A stretch of 64,000 bases of DNA from Actinomycetes bacterium (GTDB taxonomy: Bacteria; Actinomycetota; Actinomycetes; S36-B12). This document shows positions 1 through 8,338 of the stretch, piece by piece (the first letter of the stretch is position 1; every line of letters begins with the position of its first letter). Below the pieces are notes generated by a model. It worked only from the letters and a program-made list of their open reading frames with translations, searched no databases and had not been told where the DNA came from. Position numbers and translations under genes: made by a program. The stretch spans positions 92,826 through 156,825 of the forward strand of contig JAHECS010000004.1 in assembly GCA_024641635.1 (NCBI GenBank), written 5' to 3'.

Positions 1-88
1 CGATTCCGGAGTTGGCTCCCGTCACGATGGCCGTCCGGCCGGTGAGGTCGGGAAGATCGGCGGCTTTCCAGCGCAGGGGATCGGGCAT
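1..88 (-). CDS. short-chain dehydrogenase/reductase (SDR) family oxidoreductase, N-terminal fragment running off the window
   Basis: Reverse complement from ATG at 88 reads MPDPLRWKAADLPDLTGRTAIVTGANSGI, the TGxxxGIG Rossmann motif of SDRs; truncated by window edge. Confidence 0.6.
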   Translation of the reverse strand, partial: MPDPLRWKAADLPDLTGRTAIVTGANSGI

Positions 89-166
89 GAGCCCTAGTCA
101 ATCGGGCGCATGAACCCGGCGTCTCGCCGGGCCTGACCATCGCGGACCGGCGCCCCGGACCTCGAT

Positions 167-196
167 TTCACGCGGGCATCCGCGCTTGTGTACGCT
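167..196 (+). promoter_or_regulatory. candidate sigma-70-type promoter for tRNA-Thr/tRNA-Met/rpmG
   Basis: ttcacg (167-172), 18-nt spacer, tacgct (191-196, TAnnnT pattern); predicted start about 7 nt before the tRNA at 210. Confidence 0.3.
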
Positions 197-209
197 TGCG
201 TGGCTTTCC

Positions 210-281
210 GCCCCTTTAGCTCATTGGTAGAGCGCTCCCTTGGTAAGGGCGAGGTACCGGGTCCGATTCCCGGAAGGGGCT
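210..281 (+). tRNA. tRNA-Thr (anticodon GGT)
   Basis: Manual cloverleaf: acceptor gcccctt/aaggggc, D stem gctc/gagc, anticodon loop ttGGTaa, T stem ccggg/cccgg. T loop is tccgatt (C at position 55) and the anticodon stem has one t-c mismatch. No encoded CCA. Confidence 0.85.
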
Positions 282-306
282 CGATGGGGTGAAAGTGCCT
301 CATCGC

Positions 307-379
307 GGCGGGGTAGCTCAGTTGGTAGAGCAAGCGGCTCATAATCGCTGTGTCGCCGGTTCAAGTCCGGCCTCCGCTA
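307..379 (+). tRNA. tRNA-Met, elongator type (anticodon CAT)
   Basis: Manual cloverleaf: acceptor ggcgggg/ctccgct (two G-U pairs), D stem gctc/gagc, anticodon loop ctCATaa, T arm gccgg-ttcaagt-ccggc. Lacks the GGG/CCC anticodon stem of initiator tRNA. Confidence 0.85.
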
Positions 380-442
380 CGCAGGACCAGCACGACCATC
401 GCTCGGCAGGGGTTGCCGGCACCACACGAAAGAGGAAGACCA

Positions 443-610
443 GTGGCCAAGGCAACGGACGTCCGTCCCAAGATCACGTTGGCGTGCGAGGAGTGCAAGC
501 ACCGCAACTACATCACCAAGAAGAACCGTCGCAACGATCCCGACCGGCTCGAGGCGAAGAAGTTCTGCCCCAACTGCAAGAAGCACACGAACCACAAGGA
601 AACCCGCTAG
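443..610 (+). CDS. rpmG: 50S ribosomal protein L33 (bL33), zinc-ribbon form
   Basis: GTG at 443 after gaaagaggaag SD. Product [55 protein letters not shown] carries CxxC...CxxC. The track ORF start at 350 overlaps tRNA-Met and was rejected. Confidence 0.95.
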   Translation: MAKATDVRPKITLACEECKHRNYITKKNRRNDPDRLEAKKFCPNCKKHTNHKETR

Positions 611-623
611 CCGGTCGCCGGGC

Positions 624-1076
624 ATGGCGCTGAATCCGGAGTTCGAGGGGCGGGTGTACCCGCCGAGTTCCTCCTACGTCGTGGGGCGGGAGAAGGTCCG
701 TGAGTTCGCCTCCGGCATCGGGGACCTGAATCCGGTCTTCCATGACGTCGAGGCGGCGCGCGCGCTCGGCTATCTCGACGTCGTCGCGCCCCCGACGTTC
801 GCCGTCATCATCTCGATGAGAGCCAGCGGCGCGGTCGTTCGCGATCCCGAGCTGGGCCTGGACTACTCGCGGGTCGTGCACGGCGAGCAGCGTTTCGAGT
901 ACGCGCGTCCGATCGTCGCGGGCGACGAGCTCGTCGTGACCACGACCATCGAGAGCATCCGGACGGCCGCCGGCAACGACATGATCATGACCCGCGGCGA
1001 CATCGCCACGGTCGATGGCGAGCACGTGGTCACCACCCGGGCACTGCTGGTCTCGCGCGGGCCGGAGGGGGAGTAG
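624..1076 (+). CDS. MaoC-like hot-dog fold protein, HadA-like (probable non-catalytic dehydratase subunit)
   Basis: 150 aa; degenerate hydratase-2 region FASGIGDLNPVFHD (extra residue before His); conserved position after rpmG and before a HadB-like gene. Confidence 0.75.
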   Translation: MALNPEFEGRVYPPSSSYVVGREKVREFASGIGDLNPVFHDVEAARALGYLDVVAPPTFAVIISMRASGAVVRDPELGLDYSRVVHGEQRFEYARPIVAGDELVVTTTIESIRTAAGNDMIMTRGDIATVDGEHVVTTRALLVSRGPEGE

Positions 1077-1078
1077 CC

Positions 1079-1507
1079 GTGGGTTCCCTCATTGCCCGGT
1101 CCGACGTCGCGGTCGGTACCGAGCTGCCCACCCAGTCCTTCACGGTGACCCGCGGCGACCTCGTCCGCTACGCCGGGGCGTCCGGCGACTTCAACGTCAT
1201 CCACTGGAACGAGCGCGTCGCGATCTCTGTGGGACTGCCCAACGTGATCGCCCACGGCATGCTCACCATGGCGCTCGGCGGACGGGTCGTGACGGACTGG
1301 ATCGGCGACCCCGGCGCGCTGGTCTCCTACTCGGTGCGCTTCACGCGACCGGTGGTGGTCCCCGACGACGATGCCGGCGCGACGGTCGAAGTGTCCGGAA
1401 AGGTGTCCGCCATGCACGACGACGGCACGGCGACGGTGACCCTCACCGCCCGGTTCGAGGGGTCGACCGTGCTGGGCAAGGCGCAGGCCGTCGTCCGGCT
1501 CTCCTGA
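1079..1507 (+). CDS. MaoC-family (R)-specific dehydratase, HadB-like catalytic subunit
   Basis: 142 aa; intact hydratase-2 motif YAGASGDFNVIHWNERVA; starts 2 nt after the upstream stop. Confidence 0.8.
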   Translation: MGSLIARSDVAVGTELPTQSFTVTRGDLVRYAGASGDFNVIHWNERVAISVGLPNVIAHGMLTMALGGRVVTDWIGDPGALVSYSVRFTRPVVVPDDDAGATVEVSGKVSAMHDDGTATVTLTARFEGSTVLGKAQAVVRLS

Positions 1508-1537
1508 CCCCCGACCGCGCGGCGTGAATCACCTAGG

Positions 1538-2584
1538 GTGACGCACGTGCCGACGACCCCGCTGCTCGCCGAGCGCACGACACTGCGCGTGGGCGGCCCC
1601 GCTCGGGAGTGGATCACCGCGACGACCGAGGACGAGCTCGTGTCCGCCGTCCGCCGCTGCGACGCCGAGGGGATTCCGGTCCTCCTCGTCGGGGGAGGCA
1701 GCAACCTGCTCGTCTCGGACGCCGGTTTCGACGGCACCGTGGTGGAGATCGCCACGAGGGGCGTGCAGGCTGAGCCGGTCACGGAGAGCGGTGGCGAATC
1801 CGTCCTCATCCGGCTGTCGGCCGGTGAGCCGTGGGATGACGTCGTGTCGCGCGCCGTCGCCCGCGGATGGACGGGGATCGAGGCGCTGTCGGGCATCCCG
1901 GGTCGCTCGGGGGCGACGCCCGTGCAGAACGTCGGTGCCTACGGCCAGGACGTCGCCCAGGTGATCTCGTCGGCGCGCGTGCTGGATCGCACGACGGGAC
2001 GTGTCGTCGACATGGCTGCGTCGGACTGCGGCTTCGGCTACCGGTCGAGCCTGTTCAAGCGCCAGCCCGGCCGGTGGGTGGTGCTGGAGGTGGCCCTCAC
2101 GCTCGGCAGCGACGGCCGCAGCCCGGTTCGGTACGCCGAGCTGGCCGACGCCCTGGGCGTGTCGGTCGGTGATCGGGTCGACGTCGCGGCGATCCGCGGC
2201 GCCGTTCTCGCACTTCGGGCCCGAAAGGCGATGGTGCTCGACCCTGCCGATCCGGACACCTGGAGCGCAGGGTCGTTCTTCACCAACCCGGTGCTGGGTG
2301 CCGACGCAGCGGTGGACGTCCCGGCCGAGTGCCCCAGGTATCCGGCCGAGGATGGCGTCAAGCTGAGCGCGGCGTGGCTGATCGAGCACGCGGGCGTCAC
2401 CCGTGGCTACTCGATCGGGGGTCGGGCGGCCGTGTCCGCGAAGCACACGCTGGCGTTGACGAACCGGGGCGGGGCGACTGCCGCCGAGATCGTCGACCTC
2501 GCTCGCGACGTGCGCGACCGGGTGCGGGACCGCTTCGGGATCGAGCTCGTTCCGGAGCCGGTGCTGGTCGGCGTCAGCCTCTGA
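1538..2584 (+). CDS. murB: UDP-N-acetylenolpyruvoylglucosamine reductase
   Basis: 348 aa; FAD-binding N-terminus LAERTTLRVGGPA...LLVGGGSNLLVSD and MurB C-terminal domain (SAGSFFTNP, KLSAAWLIE). Confidence 0.9.
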   Translation: MTHVPTTPLLAERTTLRVGGPAREWITATTEDELVSAVRRCDAEGIPVLLVGGGSNLLVSDAGFDGTVVEIATRGVQAEPVTESGGESVLIRLSAGEPWDDVVSRAVARGWTGIEALSGIPGRSGATPVQNVGAYGQDVAQVISSARVLDRTTGRVVDMAASDCGFGYRSSLFKRQPGRWVVLEVALTLGSDGRSPVRYAELADALGVSVGDRVDVAAIRGAVLALRARKAMVLDPADPDTWSAGSFFTNPVLGADAAVDVPAECPRYPAEDGVKLSAAWLIEHAGVTRGYSIGGRAAVSAKHTLALTNRGGATAAEIVDLARDVRDRVRDRFGIELVPEPVLVGVSL

Positions 2585-2592
2585 CGCCCCAC

Positions 2593-2628
2593 CCCCGAAC
2601 CGCCCCCCGAACCGCCCCCCGAACCGCC
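2593..2628. repeat. 3 perfect tandem copies of 12-mer ccccgaaccgcc
   Basis: Copies at 2593-2604, 2605-2616 and 2617-2628, directly after the murB stop; the last copy runs into the hairpin left arm. Confidence 0.95.
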
Positions 2629-2689
2629 GAGAGGCACGCTGTGGTCGTGAAACGGACCCGTTTCACGACCACAGCGTGCCTCTCGGCGG
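2624..2689. terminator. long perfect hairpin; probable bidirectional terminator between convergent murB and the aminotransferase gene
   Basis: ccgccgagaggcacgctgtggtcgtgaaacgg / ccgtttcacgaccacagcgtgcctctcggcgg: about 32-nt perfectly complementary arms with a tiny loop. Confidence 0.7.
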
Positions 2690-2710
2690 GGTGGCGCGAG
2701 GGGGCTCCGG

Positions 2711-3913
2711 CTACTCGGCCTCGGACAGCAGGGCGGCCATGCGCCCCACGCCCTCGGTGATGTCGGCATCCGAGGTCGCGTACGACAGCCGCAGGTATCC
2801 CGGGGTACCGAAGGCCTCACCCGGGACGACCGCGACCTCGGCCTCGTCGAGGATGACCGCCGCGAGGTGCGTGGACGACTCGATCGTCGTTCCCCTGAGC
2901 CTTCTCCCCACGAGTTCCTTCACCGACGGGTACACGTAGAAGGCACCCTCCGGCATGGGGCAGGTCACGCCCGGGATGGCATCGAGCAGGCCGACGATCA
3001 GCTGCCGGCGCCGATCGAACGCGACCCGCATCTCGTCGACGGCGGAGAGATCGCCCGACACCGCGGCCAGCGCGGCGATCTGGGACACATTGGCGACGTT
3101 CGAGGTCGCGTGCGACTGCAGGTTGGTCGCCGCCTTGACGACGTCCTGCGGCCCGATCAGCCAGCCCACCCGCCACCCGGTCATGGCGTAGGTCTTGGCG
3201 ACGCCGTTGACGACGACGCAGCGGTCCTGGAGCTCCGGCACGAGGACGGGCATCGACGAGAACTCGGCGTCGCCGTAGACGAGGTGCTCGTAGATCTCAT
3301 CGGTGACGACCCACAGCCCGCGCGATGCGGCCCACTCGCCGATGGCGCGGACCTCGGCGGTCGGGTACACCGCTCCCGTCGGGTTGGACGGTGACACGAA
3401 CACCAGGATCTTGGTTCGCTCTGTGAGCGCCGCCTCGAGCTGCTCCACGGTGGCCCGGTAGCCCGAGGTCTCGTCCGTCAGGACCTCGACGGGCACCCCG
3501 CCTGCGAGCCGGATCGACTCCGGATAGGTCGTCCAGTACGGGGCGGGCAGCAGCACCTCGTCGCCCGGATCGAGCAGGGTCGCGAACGCGTTGTAGAGGG
3601 CCTGCTTCCCGCCGTTCGTGACGAGCACCTGGCCGGCGGCCACGTCGAGGCCCGAGTCGCGGAGCGTCTTGGCCGCGATGGCCTGCTTGAGGTCCGGGAG
3701 TCCGCCGGCCGGCGTGTACCGGTGCCAGCGTGGATCGGAGCAGGCGGCGATGGCGGCGTCGACGATGTACCCGGGAGTGGGGAAGTCGGGCTCGCCGGCC
3801 CCGAATCCGATAACCGGTCGCCCGGCCGCCTTCAGGGCCTTGGCCTTGGCGTCCACTGCGAGGGTGGCTGACTCGGTGATGGCGGCGATGCGACGGGAGA
3901 TGCGATCGGTCAT
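2711..3913 (-). CDS. pyridoxal-phosphate-dependent class I aminotransferase (aspartate aminotransferase-like)
   Basis: 400 aa; [15 protein letters not shown] and PLP-lysine region [15 protein letters not shown] typical of the AspC/AspB family. Confidence 0.85.
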   Translation of the reverse strand: MTDRISRRIAAITESATLAVDAKAKALKAAGRPVIGFGAGEPDFPTPGYIVDAAIAACSDPRWHRYTPAGGLPDLKQAIAAKTLRDSGLDVAAGQVLVTNGGKQALYNAFATLLDPGDEVLLPAPYWTTYPESIRLAGGVPVEVLTDETSGYRATVEQLEAALTERTKILVFVSPSNPTGAVYPTAEVRAIGEWAASRGLWVVTDEIYEHLVYGDAEFSSMPVLVPELQDRCVVVNGVAKTYAMTGWRVGWLIGPQDVVKAATNLQSHATSNVANVSQIAALAAVSGDLSAVDEMRVAFDRRRQLIVGLLDAIPGVTCPMPEGAFYVYPSVKELVGRRLRGTTIESSTHLAAVILDEAEVAVVPGEAFGTPGYLRLSYATSDADITEGVGRMAALLSEAE

Positions 3914-4070
3914 GGGTCCATCCTTCCAGCCCGGTCGCGAGCACCCCGCCGAGCCCTCCTCGGCCCGGATTGGACCGGCCCGATGCGGCCAACGTAGACT
4001 GCCCCTCCGCGGAAGTAGGTGGGCGCAAGCCTGCCCTCCCGTCGACGGTGCCGCCCAACCACGGCTCCGA

Positions 4071-4143
4071 AGGGTCGTAGCTCAACTGGTAGAGCACCGG
4101 TCTCCAAAACCGGCGGTTGGGGGTTCAAGTCCCTCCGGCCCTG
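4071..4143 (+). tRNA. tRNA-Trp (anticodon CCA)
   Basis: Acceptor agggtcg/cggccct, D arm gctc-aactggta-gagc, anticodon arm ccggt-ctCCAaa-accgg, T arm ggggg-ttcaagt-ccctc; conserved position upstream of secE. Confidence 0.9.
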
Positions 4144-4180
4144 CGAACGGACGAAGAAGGACGAAGGAGAGTAGGACGGC

Positions 4181-4438
4181 ATGACAGACACCGGTGCCCT
4201 GTCCGACCGCGGGTCGGAAGGCCGTGGCCGCAAGGACCAGGGCCAGGGCAACGTGTTCTCGCGTCTTGCCCTGTTCATCCGGCAGGTCGTGGCCGAGCTC
4301 CGCAAGGTCATCTGGCCGACCCGCAAGGAGCTCATCGCCTACACCACCGTCGTCGTGTTCTTTGTCCTGATCATGGCCGGGATCATCGCCGGCTTCGACT
4401 ATGTCTTCACCAGGGGAGTGCTGTTCATCTTCGGATGA
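4181..4438 (+). CDS. secE: preprotein translocase subunit SecE
   Basis: 85 aa; basic N-terminus, conserved [16 protein letters not shown] and a single C-terminal TM helix; SD ggagag upstream. Confidence 0.9.
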   Translation: MTDTGALSDRGSEGRGRKDQGQGNVFSRLALFIRQVVAELRKVIWPTRKELIAYTTVVVFFVLIMAGIIAGFDYVFTRGVLFIFG

Positions 4439-4484
4439 CGCAGCCTTCCGCTTCCCCACTCACGACCCGAGGAGATTGACCACC

Positions 4485-5378
4485 GTGTCCGACCAGGACC
4501 TCACGACCCCCACGACCGATCCCTTCGCCACGGCTCCTGCCGACGTCGAGGCCGTCGTGGACGCCGTCGACGACTCGACCGTCGAGGCCGAGGAGATCGC
4601 CGAGGTGTCGGAGGAGCTCGCCGAGGCCGAGGTTGTCGTGGAGGCGGAGGAGCTGGCCGACGCGGCGGAGGAGCTGGCCGACGTGGTCGAGGAGCTCGCC
4701 GAGGCCGAGGTTGTCGTCGCGGCGGAGGAGATCGCAGAAGCCGCTGAGGCCGAGGAGGAGGAGGACGAGGACCCGGTCGCTGCCTTCCGCGAGCAGATGC
4801 GCATCGCGCCCGGTGACTGGTACGTCATCCACTCCTACGCGGGCTATGAGAACAAGGTCAAGGGCAACATCGAGACCCGCATCACCACCATGAACATGGA
4901 GGACTACATCTTCCAGGTCGAGGTGCCGATGGAGGAGGTCACGGAGATCAAGGGCGGCGTCCGCAAGCTCGTCCGCCGCAACAAGTTCCCCGGGTACGTC
5001 CTGGTTCGGATGGATCTCACCGACGAGTCGTGGGGCGCCATCCGGCACACCCCCGGCGTCACCGGCTTCGTCGGGCACGGCCACCAGCCCGCGCCGCTGT
5101 CCCTGGACGAGGTCGTCGGCATCCTGGCCCCCACGCCGGAGAAGAAGGCCGCCGCCGCCGGTGCCGCTGCCTCCTCCGGCGGAGCCGCCCCTGCCGAGCA
5201 GGTCGAGGTCGACTTCGCCGTCGGCGACTCGGTCACGGTCGTGGACGGCCCCTTCGCCACCCTCCACGCCACCGTCTCGGAGATCAACATCGAGGCGCAG
5301 AAGGTCACCGGCCTGGTCGAGATCTTCGGTCGCGAGACCCCCGTCGAGCTGGCCTTCAACCAGATCGTCAAGAACTAG
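4485..5378 (+). CDS. nusG: transcription termination/antitermination factor NusG with acidic repeat N-terminal extension
   Basis: GTG at 4485 after gaggag SD (the track start 4401 would overlap secE). NGN domain [15 protein letters not shown] and [21 protein letters not shown]; about 110 aa of Glu/Ala-rich N-terminus. Confidence 0.9.
   Translation: MSDQDLTTPTTDPFATAPADVEAVVDAVDDSTVEAEEIAEVSEELAEAEVVVEAEELADAAEELADVVEELAEAEVVVAAEEIAEAAEAEEEEDEDPVAAFREQMRIAPGDWYVIHSYAGYENKVKGNIETRITTMNMEDYIFQVEVPMEEVTEIKGGVRKLVRRNKFPGYVLVRMDLTDESWGAIRHTPGVTGFVGHGHQPAPLSLDEVVGILAPTPEKKAAAAGAAASSGGAAPAEQVEVDFAVGDSVTVVDGPFATLHATVSEINIEAQKVTGLVEIFGRETPVELAFNQIVKN
4611..4717 (+). repeat. duplicated 29-mer within the nusG N-terminal extension
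   Basis: gaggagctcgccgaggccgaggttgtcgt occurs at 4611-4639 and 4689-4717 (78-bp offset, in frame; [10 protein letters not shown] twice). Confidence 0.9.
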
Positions 5379-5434
5379 CACGACCCCTGGGGGCGCCGTC
5401 CCCGGGGCAACGACAACGAAGGACCCGACACACC

Positions 5435-5866
5435 ATGGCACCGAAGAAGAAGGTCGCCGGCCTGATCAAGTTGCAGATCCAGGCGGGCGCGGCAAACCCG
5501 GCGCCGCCCGTTGGCCCCGCTCTGGGTCAGCATGGCGTCAACATCATGGAGTTCTGCAAGGCCTACAACGCGGCCACGGAGAACCAGCGCGGCAACGTGA
5601 TCCCGGTTGAGATCACGGTCTACGAGGACCGGTCGTTCGACTTCACCCTGAAGACGCCGCCGGCCTCGCGACTCATCCTCAAGGCCGCGGGCCTCGAGAA
5701 GGGGTCCGGCGAGCCGCACAAGGTCAAGGCAGGGTCGATCACCAAGGCCCAGGTCCGCGAGATCGCCGAGACCAAGATGCCCGACCTCAATGCCAACGAC
5801 GTCGACGCCGCGATGAAGATCATCGAGGGCACCGCACGCCAGATGGGCATCACGGTCAAGGCCTAG
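5435..5866 (+). CDS. rplK: 50S ribosomal protein L11 (uL11)
   Basis: ATG at 5435; [45 protein letters not shown]; the longer track ORF from 5030 overlaps nusG. Confidence 0.97.
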   Translation: MAPKKKVAGLIKLQIQAGAANPAPPVGPALGQHGVNIMEFCKAYNAATENQRGNVIPVEITVYEDRSFDFTLKTPPASRLILKAAGLEKGSGEPHKVKAGSITKAQVREIAETKMPDLNANDVDAAMKIIEGTARQMGITVKA

Positions 5867-5970
5867 CATCACCCCGGCCGCTCGCGGCCGATCAGCACGA
5901 CACCTGAAGAGTCCACCACCAGTGGGAGAGCCAGCGCGGCTCACACACCACGCCCTGCGAAGGAGCAGAG

Positions 5971-6684
5971 ATGAAGCGCAGCAAGGCCTACCGGGCCGCA
6001 GCAGAGAAGATCGACCCCGCAGCGCTGTACGCGCCGCTGTCGGCGGTCCGCCTGGTCAAGGAGACCACGGCCACCAAGTTCGACCCGACTGTCGAGGTCT
6101 CCATGCGCCTCGGCGTCGACCCCCGCAAGGCCGACCAGATGGTGCGCGGCACCGTCAACCTTCCGCACGGCACCGGCAAGACCGCACGGGTCCTGGTCTT
6201 CGCCAACGGCGAGAAGGCTGATGAGGCCCGCGCTGCGGGTGCCGACTTCGTCGGCGGCGACGACATGATCGACAAGGTCAAGGGCGGCTGGACCGACTTC
6301 GACGCGGCCGTGGCCACGCCGGACCTCATGGGCAAGGTGGGCACGCTGGGCAAGGTGCTCGGCCCGCGCGGTCTCATGCCGAACCCCAAGACCGGCACGG
6401 TCACGATGGACGTCGCCAAGGCGGTCAACGAGATCAAGGGCGGCAAGATCGAGTTCCGTGTCGACAAGCACTCGAACCTGCAGTTCCCGATCGGGAAGGC
6501 ATCGTTCACCGAGCAGGCGCTCGTGGAGAACTACGCTGCCGCCCTCGACGAGATCATGCGCCTCAAGCCGAGCGCCGCAAAGGGCCGCTACGTGCGCAAG
6601 GCGACGATGTCGTCGACGATGGGTCCGGGCATCCCTGTCGACCCGAACCGGGTGAAGGACCTCCTGACGGAGGACGACGCGTAG
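5971..6684 (+). CDS. rplA: 50S ribosomal protein L1 (uL1)
   Basis: 237 aa; [15 protein letters not shown]...[11 protein letters not shown]...[15 protein letters not shown]. Confidence 0.97.
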   Translation: MKRSKAYRAAAEKIDPAALYAPLSAVRLVKETTATKFDPTVEVSMRLGVDPRKADQMVRGTVNLPHGTGKTARVLVFANGEKADEARAAGADFVGGDDMIDKVKGGWTDFDAAVATPDLMGKVGTLGKVLGPRGLMPNPKTGTVTMDVAKAVNEIKGGKIEFRVDKHSNLQFPIGKASFTEQALVENYAAALDEIMRLKPSAAKGRYVRKATMSSTMGPGIPVDPNRVKDLLTEDDA

Positions 6685-6701
6685 GCCTCAGCACCGCACG
6701 T

Positions 6702-6738
6702 CACGATGGCCCGGCACCTGTGGTGCCGGGCCATCGTG
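6702..6738 (+). terminator. intrinsic terminator-like hairpin after rplA
   Basis: cacgatggcccggcac / gtgccgggccatcgtg: 16-bp perfect stem, 5-nt loop, followed by tt. Confidence 0.65.
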
Positions 6739-6836
6739 TTCGACAATTGCCTCGTTCTCTTGCATGGCGCTCGTGACGGCTACAGACTGTCGCTCGTCCA
6801 GCAGGGTCGGGTCGGCCCGGCCGTCGGGAAAGGGGT

Positions 6837-7625
6837 GTGCGCGTGGCCGAGACGAACGCGGGCGACCTTCTCGAACTGGATGACATCAAGGTCAAGCTGA
6901 GCGGACTCCAGATCCTCGACGGGGTGACCATCCGAGTCCCTCGCGGCCTCGTCACCGGGCTCATCGGGCCCAATGGCGCCGGGAAGACCACCGTCTTCAA
7001 CGTCATCAGCGGCTTCGTGAAGCAGGACTCTGGCTCGGTCACCTACGAGGGCAGGAAGCTGCGCCACATCAAGTCGCACCACCTGGCGAAGATGGGCATC
7101 TCCCGCACGCTGCAGGGCGTCGGGCTGTTCGCCAGTCTCACAGCCCTCGAGAACGTCATGCAGGGCGGGTCGTCACGGCTGAGGTCGGGGATCCTGTCCG
7201 AGTCGTTCGCCATGCCGTGGACCGACGTCGAGCAGGAGCGTCTGCGCGTCGATGCGCTGGCGGCCCTCGACCGGCTGGGCATCGCCGACCAGGCCGAACG
7301 CCTCCCCAGCGAACTCCCGTACCCGATCCAGAAGCGTGTCGCCCTTGCCCGAGCGCTCATGCCGAACCCGAAGCTGCTGCTGCTCGACGAGCCGGCGGGC
7401 GGTGTGAGCGCTGGGGACATGGCTGAGCTCTCGTCGCTCATCCGCAGCTGGGTGCCTGAGCGATCCGTCCTGCTGGTCGAGCACCACATGGAACTGGTCA
7501 TGGCGGTCTGCGACCTCATCTGGGTCCTCGACGCGGGGAAGGTCATCGCGTCGGGCACACCGGACGAGGTACGAAACGACCCGGCCGTGCTGGCGGCCTA
7601 TCTCGGCGAGGAGGGGGCGGCCTGA
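6837..7625 (+). CDS. livG: branched-chain amino acid-type ABC transporter ATP-binding protein (LivG-like)
   Basis: 262 aa; Walker [13 protein letters not shown]-type signature region, Walker B LLLLDEPAGG, C-terminal DPAVLAAYLGE tail; start could also be GTG 6843. Confidence 0.85.
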   Translation: MRVAETNAGDLLELDDIKVKLSGLQILDGVTIRVPRGLVTGLIGPNGAGKTTVFNVISGFVKQDSGSVTYEGRKLRHIKSHHLAKMGISRTLQGVGLFASLTALENVMQGGSSRLRSGILSESFAMPWTDVEQERLRVDALAALDRLGIADQAERLPSELPYPIQKRVALARALMPNPKLLLLDEPAGGVSAGDMAELSSLIRSWVPERSVLLVEHHMELVMAVCDLIWVLDAGKVIASGTPDEVRNDPAVLAAYLGEEGAA

Positions 7626-8329
7626 TGCTGTCGATCTCCGGCCTCTCCGTCACGTACGGGCCCGTCCACGCGCTCACCGATGTCTCCCTGGAGGTTCCTC
7701 GCGGGGAGGTCACGGCGGTCATCGGTGCGAACGGTGCGGGCAAGTCGACGCTGATGCGGACCCTCGCCGGCCTCGTCAAGCCCGTAGCCGGCACCGCGAC
7801 CCTGGACGGCAACTCCATCCTCGGGCACAAGCCGGAGGACGTCGTCCGGATGGGCGTGGCGCTGGTCCCGGAGGGTCGATCGACGGTTCCGGAGCTGACC
7901 GTGGACGAGAACCTCCGGCTGGGCGGGATGTGGCGCAGCAAGTTCGAGAGGGCGGGACTCAACGCGGAGTTCTACGACATGTTCCCCGCCCTGGCCCAGC
8001 GGCGGAACAGCCGGGCGGACACCCTCAGCGGCGGGGAGCGACAGCAGCTCGCCATCGGCCGTGCGCTCATGTGCGACCCCCAGTGCCTGCTCCTCGACGA
8101 GCCGTCGCTGGGCCTGGCGCCACTGATCGTGACCCAGATCCTCGAGCTCGTGAACCGGCTGGCGGTAGAGGTCAACATCGCCGTGCTCCTCGTGGAGCAG
8201 AACGCGGTCACGGCCCTCCGCGTCGCGCACACCGGGGTCGTCCTGAACCTGGGCCAGGTGGTGATGTCCGGCAGTGCCGCGGATATCGCCTCCCACGAGG
8301 AGCTGCGCCATGCGTATCTCGGGTACTAG
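7625..8329 (+). CDS. livF: branched-chain amino acid-type ABC transporter ATP-binding protein (LivF-like)
   Basis: 234 aa; GANGAGKST, LSGGERQQLAIGRAL, LLLDEPSLGLAP; ATG overlaps the livG stop (TGATG). Confidence 0.85.
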   Translation: MLSISGLSVTYGPVHALTDVSLEVPRGEVTAVIGANGAGKSTLMRTLAGLVKPVAGTATLDGNSILGHKPEDVVRMGVALVPEGRSTVPELTVDENLRLGGMWRSKFERAGLNAEFYDMFPALAQRRNSRADTLSGGERQQLAIGRALMCDPQCLLLDEPSLGLAPLIVTQILELVNRLAVEVNIAVLLVEQNAVTALRVAHTGVVLNLGQVVMSGSAADIASHEELRHAYLGY

Positions 8330-8338
8330 GAGCCGGTC

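Noticed and set aside
94-342. 82-aa minus-strand ORF and 114-aa plus-strand ORF (289-633) near the window start
   Set aside because: Both overlap the tRNA-Thr and tRNA-Met genes and/or rpmG in another frame. The tRNA cloverleaves and the L33 sequence explain the region.
4401-5434. Long N-terminally extended versions of nusG (start 4401) and rplK (start 5030), and likewise of rplJ, rpsL, rpsG, rplF, adk, infA, rpsM, rplM, alr, rimI and tsaD as listed in the ORF track
   Set aside because: The extended starts overlap the preceding gene or a terminator and add Arg/Pro-rich junk sequence. Internal starts with SD-like sequences reproduce the canonical conserved N-termini.
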